Shown here in pieces: positions 13,558 through 24,440 of a stretch of DNA of 64,000 nucleotides. The stretch spans positions 1,922,001 to 1,986,000 of the forward strand of contig JAWMAR010000276.1 of NCBI GenBank assembly GCA_036785375.1, written 5' to 3'. Every line of letters begins with the position of its first letter. Positions within the stretch are counted from its first letter, which is position 1. The stretch comes from Leucoraja ocellata (Eukaryota). Below the pieces are notes generated by a model. That model searched no databases. It worked only from the letters and a program-made list of their open reading frames with translations, and was not told the DNA's origin. The translations under genes and the position numbers were made by a program.

Positions 13558-14323
13558 GTAAGGGTTGCAAATTTTATGCCTTCAATGCAAATACAGTAGT
13601 AACAGTCCAGGGTTAGAATAATGTATCCCAGTAACAAGTGAGGTCCTTCCACAATTCATCAAGCAATGTTTGGCTGGCAGTTTCATGCTGATTTAAAACC
13701 TCTGGCTAATTGTCAAATCGCACACTGCAGTCAGTGTGCCAGCATTAACCCTTTCATCTGACCACACTGGTACTTGGTATAGCGTTCAGGATGCCCCCGA
13801 ATGAAATCACGAGTCATTGGTTAATGAGAGATGTGTTACTCACAGTACATCTGTTACTCTGGGAATCTGACTTGAATCCTGGCCCTTGCACTGCTCCACG
13901 CTGCTCTGCTGGGAATGTGGTGGGATGGGATGGGACAGGTGAAGGAATGCTGGGAATGCCTCTTACATAGCTGGGGAACCGACAGTAGCTGGTCCATTTT
14001 GACTTTAGTTTTATTTATCCAGTATTTTCTCACCATAAACGTTGGTTTCAGAGGGATGAACTCCCTCTGGAATGCCCTAGCTCTCTCTTGGTGCACATGG
14101 CTGTGCGGGTGAGATGGCACCAGCGCTGGGCCTGGCACATTCACTGGGTTTATAGGGGATGGGGAACACATCAAGATAAAGGGCAAGCATTTCAGTCTCC
14201 ATTTTAATCTGGTTAAAGATGTACATCAACCATCTAACATCAATCACGTGACAGTCATCAGTCACTGTGACTGGGGGACAATCAATCATTGTCGTGAAGA
14301 TGAGTCTTGGTAATCTCAGGATT

Positions 14324-14377
14324 CCCATCGGTAGAGCTTTTTCCATTGGTAGATATTTCCCCATTGGTAGGGCTTTG
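14324..14377. repeat. 3 x 18-bp tandem repeat
   Basis: CCCATCGGTAGAGCTTTT / TCCATTGGTAGATATTTC / CCCATTGGTAGGGCTTTG. Confidence 0.75.
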
Positions 14378-14539
14378 GCCATGCTCAGCCATTTTGGGGG
14401 ACTGCTGTTTACAGGGTCGATATTGGGTCACTTCCATCTGCGCCCATGTGTTACACAATTACATCAGCTGTTCATAGACGTGTTGAGGAACTGATCAGGA
14501 TGCAGTTCTGATCACCCCTCTTGCCCAAGCTCAATGCCA

Positions 14540-14850
14540 CAGGCAGCGCTGCTGTTGCACAATCCCAGTGGCCTGAGTTCAATCCTGATCTCTGCTGCTG
14601 TCTGTGTGGAGGTTTCACATTCACCTTGAAGGTTTCCCTCAGGCACTCCGGTTTCCTCCCTCATCCCAAAGAGGTGTGGGTTAACTGGCCACCGTACATT
14701 GCCTCTAGCATGTGGCTGAGTGGTGGGAGAAGTAGGGTGATGTCATTGGGCATGTGAGGGAGCATGGGAAGGTAAGTGGGGATAGGGATGGGTAGGATTG
14801 CTTTAAGTGATGGCATAGACATGTAGGGCAGAATGGCTTCGTTCTGTGAC
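14540..14850 (+). mobile_element. Older V-SINE
   Basis: GAGTTCAATCC and CTCCGGTTTCCTCCCTCATCCCAAAGA. Confidence 0.6.
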
Positions 14851-15500
14851 ATAACAACTAAACTAGTGGGGGTGATTCACTGGTGCTGGAGTACCAGCAG
14901 AGTAGAGCGATTCACAGCAAGTTCCCAGCACCCAGGGTCCTGTTGGAGCAGTGCACAGCCAGGGGAAAGGCAGCAGCTTGCACCAGATACCCGGAACAAC
15001 ACAGAGCAGTCCAAGCCAGATTCTTTTCAAGGTATGGAGGGGTACATATCAGTGTGTTCATAGTGAAGGACAAAAGTCCTACAACATATCAGAGCTAAGT
15101 GAGCAACCAGTATCTTGTTGTCATTGGCAAACATATCCTCGTTAATGGTTCCGCTTTCATCAGCAACACTCTTCCATGTTCCTTGCTCAGGTGCATTGGA
15201 GCTTGGATTCACCTGACTTTAAAAACCTGCTGCAATTCTACTTAAATGCTCCTGGTCTCTGAATAATTTGCTATTAATGTTGATGTCCAGTCTTGCAGAT
15301 TGGTGTCAGCAGCATAGGTTATAATATTCCAGGAATGGCTCTTCTGTGTATCGTGTGTCACTAATTTAAATGTCAGAGGAGCCCGGTAGAGCTGACCTGA
15401 GCAATTGCCAACCTTGAATCGCGCTTTCTACTCCAATGGACAATAAAAACAAGTGCGAGGCTTACCCTCAGTTGTCCTGAATTGATTGGGGGCGATTCTG

Positions 15501-15587
15501 ACTCCTGTTCTGTGTATGGCACTGGTAGAATTCACTGTGACAACACACAATCAGTGAATTACCATAGGGCCATAAACAGAGCAGAGA
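15501..15587 (+). ncRNA. mir183: pre-miR-183 hairpin (5p 15515-15536)
   Basis: Exact miR-183-5p TATGGCACTGGTAGAATTCACT. Complementary 3p arm GTGAATTACCATAGGGCCATAA at 15554-15575, with an extended lower stem. Confidence 0.98.
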
Positions 15588-15811
15588 AATAACCAAATGC
15601 CACAATGCCGACCTTGGAAAAACACCCTTTGGTAGGTGCCACACCCAGGGCCCCGATCAGCGGCAGATCAGGCCTGGACTATGCAACACAACTAGATACG
15701 ATGAACTCCGCGAATGCATATTATTTCCTTATGGAATTGTATCGAGAAGCTGCATCTGTTTACGATTATCTGTTGAGAAATCTTTCTCCAATTTATATTT
15801 ACTGTCATGCA

Positions 15812-15946
15812 TTCTTCTTCTTGCGTATGGCGTGCACAGCCTAAAGTTGTAGGTCAACTTGTTCTATTTGATCTAATTGTGCACGTCGGGTTGATTGCAT
15901 TAGTCGAAACAGGGTGGACCACGTGAAGGTTGCAATCTCCCACCCC
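15812..15946 (-). mobile_element. Ribozyme-headed short retroelement with (GAA)n tail
   Basis: Perfect 11-bp TSD ACTGTCATGCA (15801-15811 / 15947-15957). (TTC)n at the left end is a (GAA)n 3' tail on the minus strand. Homologous to 24299-24440. Confidence 0.85.
15893..15946 (-). ncRNA. Minimal HDV/CPEB3-like ribozyme (54 nt), copy 1
   Basis: Minus strand reads GGGGTGG-GA-GATTGCA-ACC-TTCACGT-GGT-CCACCCT-GT-TTCGA-CTAA-TGCAATC. P1 is 7 bp with a G1-U wobble, P2 is 7 bp, P3 is 3 bp, L3 is UUCACGU, and J4/2 is CUAA with the catalytic C. Confidence 0.85.
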
Positions 15947-17692
15947 ACTGTCATGCACTGCACTGCACAGATTAGAGGGTGTACTGTAATGCATTTTGAA
16001 TGAGTCTTCTGCTTTAATGAGGAAGGGCTTCATAGACATTTGTATGGGCAAACCTTTCTCATGTCCTCACAACCTATTGACACAATGATGCAATGTATCT
16101 GCATGAAGTCATCTCGACTGAGAGAGTGTACAGCTATTTTAATTCCATTGTCCCCAGAATAAATGTTATCAAAGGCTTCGGAATAAACCCTTTAAGTGAG
16201 TTACAGGGTGCATGTAAGTAGCAGTTCATTAACTGGAATGCTTATTATCATTTTTAGTCCTTTTGTGCAAATTACTGCTCCTTTCCCCACAACATGTTGT
16301 GCTACGATATTTGTTACATTCAATGCCAATGCAAAGCAAATGGGGCAGGTGGGCTCTAACTCCGAATTACCTGTAGAGTTTTTCTATCACAGAGACTTTT
16401 GGTCATTATCAATGTGAAAGACCGCAAAATCAGAGCAACGTTTTAAAATGTTTTTCTTAGCAGATTGTTATAAAGTACAGGGTTTTTACCTGTTTTATAA
16501 AATCGGGCATTTATTCGCTGCCTGCCTGCGAATAAACGGGGAGGCAATTCTAATCTTTCTCTTCGAAATCAAAGTGTTTCAATCTTTGTTCATGAATGTG
16601 AGCCTGTCCATTGAGGAGAAATGGAGAAGGAAGGCAAAATACAAAGCAGCCACTGTTACCAGAAGCTGGGTCAGACAATTCCTCACTGACACTAGCCCTG
16701 CCAACCCCACCCAACCCCTCCCCCTGTCCCCAACACAAATAACCCTACCTGTATTCACTACAGAGGTTGTGTTGTGGGCCACAGAGACGGTGGCCAGACC
16801 TAAAGTCAAGAATCTTTCTTAACAAGCCCGGAATTGTCGTAAATGTAGCCAGGAACTGGAAAAATCAATTGCAACAAACACGGCAACAGAAATCCCTGTC
16901 GAGACCTGGTTGGAGTAAGGCCATGGTTACCAAATTTCTCCAGCTACCAAAAGAGGGAGACATCATTTCTCCCATTCAGAGGTGTCTGGTAAGTGTTTCT
17001 GTTGGAAAAATATCACTCAGCACACTCCTCCACGGGAGAAGGAAGGTGATAATATTACACTTACATTTAGTGATAATAGCAGACAAATATTTCACATATC
17101 TGTACGACAGGTTCTTTCCATTGATTTAAAGAAGGCAGTTTACCTGGAATGTTCATGCAGCAATAATTGATGATCCGCTGATTTTAATGCTAATTATTCC
17201 TATACATTCTTTCCATATCGTCTTCCCCATGTCCACTTAGTTCCTCTCCCCTAGTCCTGAAGGTACTCAATATTCTGGTAAATCACTTTCACGAGGGTTC
17301 AGTAAGTTTGTCCAACTGCCCTCTACAAAACCATTGGGCTACTCACAGTTGCCTGAAACTATCTGCCCATGAGGGAGGGAGAAGGTATTGAACCAATGGA
17401 TAGTAATTGAGATCAGGCATACAAGAGAGGTTTCCCTTCTCTAACCAAGGAATCATGAGTCAGCTCTGGTACCCCGTACTTCTGTTCTGGATGTCAAAGA
17501 GGCAGGTGCTCATGCTCAATACAGCTCAATACCTTACTCGCTGAAACCCCAGTGGGTTGTAACAATATCCGTAATAAACTTACCTTTTATTTAATAAATT
17601 CACATATAAACATCCTCTTTTCTCCTTTAGAACATGAACAGCATGAATCAGTCCCAGTTGCTATGGAATATGTCATCATCTAATATTGTTAG

Positions 17693-17785
17693 TAGACAAA
17701 AATGCTGGAGAAACTCAGCAGGTGAGGCAGCATCTATGGAGTGGAGGAAATAGGCAACGTTTCGGGTCGAGACCCTTCTTCGGAC
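17693..17785 (-). mobile_element. Penelope-derived mini-element
   Basis: Reverse complement of CCGAAGAAGGGTCTCGACCCGAAACGTTG, with TSD AATATTGTTAG. Confidence 0.75.
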
Positions 17786-18659
17786 AATATTGTTAGATTG
17801 TTCTTGTTTTTATGTTTCCATCTCTTCAGTCGAGACATGTGTATTGTGGTCCATTGAATCCGACCTTGAAATAGTTACTTTTGCAAGGTCAATAATCTGG
17901 TTCAGGAAGACATGGTCTTCTGATAAAGTGGAGCCAGAGAAATGAAAGCCATCTGTACAGTGTCTCTCTGAAACTCTGTAAAAACAAGTGGTTGAATAAG
18001 CCAAAGGACACATTGAGCAACATTGACCAGAAGCTACTCCACGCCAAGCCTGGCTAGATACAGATGGGTTGTGCCATGAGGGCATGGCAGATAATAAGGA
18101 GGCTGAGCCTCGACAGTTATGAAACAAGTCAGCTTCACATTGCATCTACTCTTCAAATTAATTGTACACAACCAGAGCAGCTTAAAGCTTTGCTGAGTCC
18201 TTTTGAAAGCCTTTCTATGAAAATTCCTTCAGTCCGTTGTCTGCTGCAAGAAAGTATTTTCCACTCAAGAATATCACATGTTTGGAAGATATTCTCTGAT
18301 AATCACAGACTTTCTCAACTTGACATAAGTGCTGTGCTAAAGATAACTGCTGAAACCATGTGCAGGTTTTTGTAAAAACATTTTTCAATAATTATCCTAA
18401 GTCATTTTATAATTTTCAATCATGGCCCCTAACCTTTTGCCACCGGAGTCTCTGGAGAAAATAAACAAAGAGGGGAGAACTTTGTGGTAGGTTGTTGGTG
18501 ATGATTGCATACATGGGGACCCTTGTTTTATATTTATTTATCATTTGCATGTAACCTGAACAAAGCAAAAACGTTCTCAGTGACCAGTGCAGCTCACACT
18601 GAATCTGTGTCCATTGACTCGAGTAGGACTGAAGGTAAGTATGATGAGTACAACGTTCA

Positions 18660-18930
18660 GTGTGGCTCAGTGGTGCAGTTGATAGATCTGCTGCCTCACA
18701 TCGCCAGAGTCCAGGATTTGATCCTGGCCTTGGGTGCTGTCTGTGTGGAGTCTCCTTGTGACCTCGTAGACATCCCAAAGACGTGCGAGTTGTGTAGGTC
18801 AATTGGCCTCTGTAAATTGTCCCCAGTGTATATAGAATGGGTGTGACAGTGGGATAACATAGAACTAGTGTGAATGGGTGATCAATATTTGGCCGAAGGG
18901 CCTGTTTCTGCGCCGTATCTTTCAATCAAT
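18660..18930 (+). mobile_element. V-SINE between miR-183 and miR-96
   Basis: tRNA-like head, CATCCCAAAGACGTG...AATTGGC and GCCGAAGGGCCTGTTTC tail. Confidence 0.75.
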
Positions 18931-19324
18931 CAAAAACTGTTGATCGCTACTCTCCTAGATGTTTGGCCACATAGCCAAAGACAAAATTCTTCCCCAAACA
19001 CTTTAAATCTTTCATTTGGAAGCTCCCCTGAAAGTCAAAGACCTGCTTGGTGTTTGTACATTATGGCACAGCGATAGTTCTCTTGCCTTTGAATTAGAAA
19101 GCTGTGTGTTCAAATTTCATGTTAAAAGGCAGAGGCAGGATGTGAAACTAAATACTTTGCTCTGTTTTTACAAGATAGCACAGAGGTTGTGAAGATAAAT
19201 GAGTTATTATCAATTATTTAAGGCGGAAATTTTTAGCAAGTAACATCAAGTCAAGCATCTTGGGCAATATTTTACTTTTGATCTATCTCTCCAAAGCCTG
19301 AACCTGAGCCATGACATTGGATTA

Positions 19325-19533
19325 CAAAAAGACACAAAGTGTTGGAGTAACTCAGCAGTCCAGGAGAACATGGATAAGTGACGTTTTGGGTTGGGACCCT
19401 TCTTCAGACTGTAGTGTCTTGATCTGAAAAGTTACCTATCCATGCTGTCTTGAGCTGCTGCCTGATCATTTGAGTTACTCCAGCACTTTATTTCCTTTTT
19501 TGTAAACCATCATCTGTAGTTCCTTGTGTCTCA
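19325..19533. mobile_element. Inverted-repeat Penelope-derived element just upstream of miR-96
   Basis: ACACAAAGTGTTGGAGTAACTCAGC ... GAGTTACTCCAGCACTTT arms around CCCTTCTTCAGAC. Confidence 0.7.
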
Positions 19534-19693
19534 TGGAGTCACATTTACAACATTTAGTAAGAATACATGAATCATCTAATTGCACGATATACTACCTCCA
19601 TGCCAAGAAAATGTCATCCAAGTTCTTCAGAGGATTGGAACTGATGAGGATACTTTGGAAAAGAACTGAGATGGCAGAAAGTAAAGGAATCTC

Positions 19694-19779
19694 TCCTTCG
19701 CCCATTTTGGCACTAGCACATTTTTGCTTTTGTGTATGGATTTTGAGCAATTATGTGTAGTGCCAATATGGGAAAAGGA
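19694..19779 (+). ncRNA. mir96: pre-miR-96 hairpin (5p 19706-19728)
   Basis: Exact miR-96-5p TTTGGCACTAGCACATTTTTGCT. 3p arm CAATTATGTGTAGTGCCAATAT at 19748-19769. Confidence 0.98.
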
Positions 19780-20353
19780 AGCACAGCAACCACCATGGTC
19801 CTGGGTGAGAATGCGACACAGCCCCACCACGCAGTGCCTTGGGTGAAATGTCCGTGGCATGAGACACCACCGAAAGACAGCCAGAGAAAGTGAGATGGAT
19901 CGAGCAGCAAAGGACAAGGGACACCCAAACCTGGCCCCAAAGGTCTGCTGAAGAATGTGGAATTGTGGAGACGATTAGTTTGGGCAGGGGTGCTATGAAT
20001 AGTTCTGAAAACTGTATTTTACCTCTAATATCCTCCCTGCTCGCTGCAGAGCTGGTGATTATGTTGCCTGCACACTTGTGGTCTCACTCTCTGCCGCTTG
20101 ACTGGTTAATGTTGGCAAGGAGCTTCTTGTACTTTGTGACCTTGCTCTCTTCCCCCCACTGGTAGCTGAGCTGCACCAATGGTATTGATTTTCTTGTCAC
20201 ACTCCGTTTATATCCATTATTTCTAATGCTGAACCGTCTGCTGACAGAGACGGGTGCAGGAAGACTTCATGGATTTCTCTCACTGCACCAGTGTAGTGCA
20301 GGCACCTTATCTGAGGAGGACTCTTGCCTTGCTATAGTGGGAGGAGCGAGTTT

Positions 20354-20434
20354 CTGGCTGCTTTTGGCAATGGTAGAACTCACACTGGTGAGATAGAGGG
20401 ATCCGGTGGTTCTAGACTTGCCAACTACAGCCAG
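20354..20434 (+). ncRNA. mir182: pre-miR-182 hairpin (5p 20363-20386)
   Basis: Exact miR-182-5p TTTGGCAATGGTAGAACTCACACT. 3p arm TGGTTCTAGACTTGCCAACTA at 20407-20427. Basal stem CTGGCTG/CAGCCAG. Confidence 0.98.
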
Positions 20435-21979
20435 CGAGCAGCGCACTTCTTCCTGCAATGAACAAAGAAGCATATCACTGTGACTTTGTTACAGAGGTGG
20501 ACAGTAATAATTTAGTAAGATCTAGGTTGACGTCAGTGTGGGTTAGTACTGCCGAAGCCTTGAAGCTGATGTAACAAAGCTCTACCTAACAAAACTCCAG
20601 CAAAACTCTGAGAAGGGTTGAAAGGAGGAAAGGTATCTTACGCCAGTGATAACTTAATCCATTCTAGTGAGAATTAATCATCAGATACAGAACTAAAAAT
20701 GACAAAATTGCAGAAAGGAAATTGGTTACCAAATCGGAGAATAATGAGGAGATATTCTCGTTATGTCTCGAATGTTTACGATTAGCCCGTGCTTTGTGCA
20801 AAGATTCAGTAATAAAGAATTTGGATAGACGCTTGGAAAGGAAAGATCTTCAGGTCTATGGGACAATCTGTTGATCTAATTAGTGGTAGTTATAAATTGG
20901 CCAGAAAGTACCGTACAGGAAACATTGAAGCATGTCCCAACCTGAATGTAATGGTATCAAAATAAAAAGGCAATATTTTGAGTAAACACATGTTGAGCGT
21001 GAAATTTCCTTTTACTGGTGATGCAGATGAACCGTCGATTCAGCATCGACAGCTGGTTTGCCAGGTTGTGATTGTACTTACGTTTATCACACAACAAAAC
21101 CCTCAAGCTCTCATTCTCATCTCTGCCAAATCAATCCTCTCTGTGCTGCTTAGATAGATCATACAACCCTTACATTTAGTGGGACAATTTTGTAATTGTA
21201 ATGCACAGTTGAGGACTGTTTTGCTAACATGTCGGGCATTTTGCACTTGGGTTTCCTTTGAAAAGGGGAACCTTTAATATTATAGGTGCTTCACAATGAC
21301 TGCAATTCTCTCTGTACTGAAGTGTTGACAACGGTATAGAAAAATAAACTTCTACTGCGTCACTGGTACAAGTTCATTGAGAAGCGATCAACACTTATTA
21401 TCACAGGGAACAATGCAGCCAGAATATGTGCTCTTGTTTCTATTTTTTGAACGATTCAGAAGTCTGGTGTTGAATAATCTAGATGTATTAGAGTGCAGGT
21501 TGAGGGGAAATTATGCATCCGTTCATTTAATGAGATGTGTTTAGGTCTTCTTAACTTGTACAATTCTGAGGCTGTTAGGCAGGTGTTGGTTTGGCCATTC
21601 AGAGTAATAAGAGCATTGGCAACTTAAATTTAAAAGATTCTGAAAATCAGAAATTGAACCAGGAAAGGGTGGAAATGTTCAGTAGGGTCGGGCAGGCAGA
21701 ATCGAACCAACAACCTGAAAGGTTAACTCTGGTTTCTCTCTCCACAGATGCAGCCTGACCTGCTGGTGTTTCCTGCTTTTTTTTTGTTTTTATTCATGTA
21801 AGTATAGAGATGGGTACACAAGGCAACTGGTGAAAAGCTGAGCTCCACAGTTCAGGTGTATGCTTTCACCTGGTTATGCAAGCAGATGGCTTTATAAATA
21901 GTCCCAGTGCCCAGAGCTCCTGCCCATGGCTGCTAACCAGTGGCTGCATGTGGTTACTTGTCTTGGCTGGGCCACTGTG

Positions 21980-22620
21980 CACAGTGATGGCTGCCTTGCA
22001 GCACCGGAGACCCAGGTTCAATCCAAAGGGGTTGGACAGGCTAGATGCAGGAAGATTATTCCCGATGTTGGGGAAGTCCAGAACTAGGGGTCACAGATTA
22101 AGGATAAGAGGGAAGTCTTTTAGAACCGAGATGAGAAAATCATTTTTTACACAGAGAGTGGTGAATCTGTGGAATTCTCTGCCACAGAAGGCAGTTGAGG
22201 CCAGTTCATTGGCTATATTTAAGAGGGAGTAAGATGTGGCCCTTGTGGCTAAAGGGATCAGGGGGTATGGAGAGAAGGCAGGTACGGGATACTGAGTTGG
22301 ATGATCAGCCATGATCATATCGAATGGCGGTGCAGGCTCGAAGGGCCGAATGGCCTACTCCTGCACCTGTTTTCTATGTTTCTATGTTTCTATGATCCCG
22401 CCTACGGGTCCTGGCTGTATGGGTTTTCTCCGAGATCTTCGGTTTCCTCCCACACTCCAAAGATGTACAGGTATGTAGGTTAATTGGCTTGATGTATGTT
22501 TAAAACAATGTCCCTAGTGTGTGTAGGATAGTGTTAACGTGCTGGGATCGCTGGTCAGTACTGACTCGGTGGGCCAAAGGGCCGGTTTCCGCATTGTCGC
22601 TCTAAAACACAAACTAAAAC
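21980..22620 (+). mobile_element. V-SINE interrupted by a CR1 3' fragment (~22025-22392)
   Basis: SINE head ends at GGTTCAATCC and resumes at GATCCCG. The insert encodes a CR1 ORF2 end (FFTQRVVNLWNSLPQ) and has a (TTTCTATG)n tail. Confidence 0.8.
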
Positions 22621-22740
22621 TCGCGTCCATTTGTGCTTTCAGCTACAGTAACCTCAGAGAGTCTACTGCTGACACACATCAATCGTGGGCTGGGGTGGGT
22701 TGGTATGTTAAGGAACACGGAAAAAGACTGCAGTCTTTCA

Positions 22741-23051
22741 GTTTAGTTTAGAGATACAGCGCGGAAACAGACCTGTTAGCCCTCTTGTCCGTGCCGAACA
22801 GCGATCCCCGCACATTAACACTCTCTTACACAAACTAGGAACAATTTACACTTATACCAAGCCAATTAATCTACAAACCTATACGGCTTTGGAGTGTGGG
22901 AGGAAACCGAAGATCCCGGAGAAAACACACGCAGGTAACAGGGAGAACATACAAACTCCGTACAAACAGCACCCGTGGTCGGGATTGAACCTGGGTCTCC
23001 GGCGCTGCGAATGCTGCAAGGCAGCCACTCTACCGCTGTGCCACCATGCTG
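22741..23051 (-). mobile_element. V-SINE, reverse copy
   Basis: TTTAGAGATACAGCGCGGAAACAG ... GTGGGAGGAAACCG ... CTACCGCTGTGCCACC. Confidence 0.8.
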
Positions 23052-23267
23052 CCTTGTGTGGCAGAAATATCGCAGGCAGGAATTAACAACTGCTGAACTA
23101 GGAATTCTTCAGGGAATACTCCAGTAATCTCATGAAGAACTGGGTATCGTGGATGATAATGGAATCAAGGTATGGAGATTGGGTGGGGAAGTTGAGGCAC
23201 CAAGTTAGTCGTTGAAGGCAGAGCAGCCACAAATCATTCCCAGTCCTGTTACATTCTTAAAATGTAC

Positions 23268-23452
23268 TCCACGGGATAGGCAGCATAACTGAATAAAAGG
23301 AATGGCTGACGTTTCTTTAGTCTGAAGAAGTGTCTCGACCCGAAAAGTCACCCATTCCTTCTATCCAGTGATGCCGCCTGTCCCGCTGAGTTACTCCAGC
23401 ATTTTGTGTCTATCTTCGGTGTAAACCAGCATCTGCAGTTCCTTCCTACACG
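23268..23452 (+). mobile_element. Penelope-derived mini-element with inverted 5' segment
   Basis: CTGAAGAAGTGTCTCGACCCGAAAAGTC core, with TSD CTTAAAATGTAC. Confidence 0.75.
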
Positions 23453-24298
23453 CTTAAAATGTACACTGCTGGCTAAATGGGCTGTCTCTGGTGATATTGA
23501 AGCATTAGACACAAAGATCTTGATTTTGGCCACAGTTGGCTAATCTCAGGGTCAAGTGGTCCTACCAGGTATCACCTGGCAACTTGCCAGCTCCTCCATA
23601 GTGGGGAGAAGGTTGAGTTTGGTTACTTTGCTCCTCCCACACTACACTTATTCTCACCCTTGCCAACTGATCCAGAATTTGCAGGTAATCTTTAACCCAC
23701 AGGGCAATCAGTGCTGAGTCAATGCCCTCGTCGATTTCAATGACTGACATTGACAGTGTGAAGTTTACACTAAATTCCAAAGGCAGTGACCATTGAGAAC
23801 AGGCCCCATGAGATGACTGTTTTGTTGGATTATGCAGCCTCATTAAGAAGAATCCTCGTTACTCAACTCCAGGTTCCAAACTAATTTTGCCCAAGAACCA
23901 AAACAGTAGGCAGGTGTGGGTGAGCAGTAACCACAGCTGTTGTGCCCACAAATAGATTACAGGCCTGATGCTTCCTTCTATGTCTGTTGGACGTGCCATT
24001 ATTCAGCAAGACTTTGAGAGCAAACTGATGAGATTTGGAGCTCAGTACCACAACCTCCTATATGTTAGTGCTGGCTCGAAGGGCCGAATGGCCTACTCCT
24101 GCACCTATTGTCTATTGTTATGCTCTTCATCATGGAAGTTCATGAGTTAGGGAAGGATATGTGGATAATCTGGAGGAGGTCAGTATTAAGAAGGAGGCAT
24201 TAGATGTCACGGGAATCATAAAGCTTTGATAGAGATCTTTGCTTCTTCCTTAGGTGTGGGTAGGATAACAGAGGAGTGGAGGATAGCTAATGCTGAAC

Positions 24299-24352
24299 GG
24301 GGTGGGAGATTGCAACCTTCACATGGTCCGCCCAGTTTCGACGAATGCAATC
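24299..24352 (+). ncRNA. Minimal HDV/CPEB3-like ribozyme (54 nt), copy 2, partly degenerate
   Basis: GGGGTGG-GA-GATTGCA-ACC-TTCACAT-GGT-CCGCCCA-GT-TTCGA-CGAA-TGCAATC. Same fold, but with a G1.A mismatch and a G>A change in L3. Confidence 0.75.
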
Positions 24353-24440
24353 AACCTGATGTGCACAATCAAATATGATCACATAGAACAAGTTGTCCTA
24401 CAACTTTAGGCTGTGCACGCCATATGCAAGAAGAAGAAGA
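24299..24440 (+). mobile_element. Second copy of ribozyme-headed short retroelement, nested in a CR1 fragment
   Basis: Same 5' end GGGGTGGGAG, homologous body and (GAA)4 tail. Degenerate TSD AATGCTGAAC/AATGTTGATC. Confidence 0.85.
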
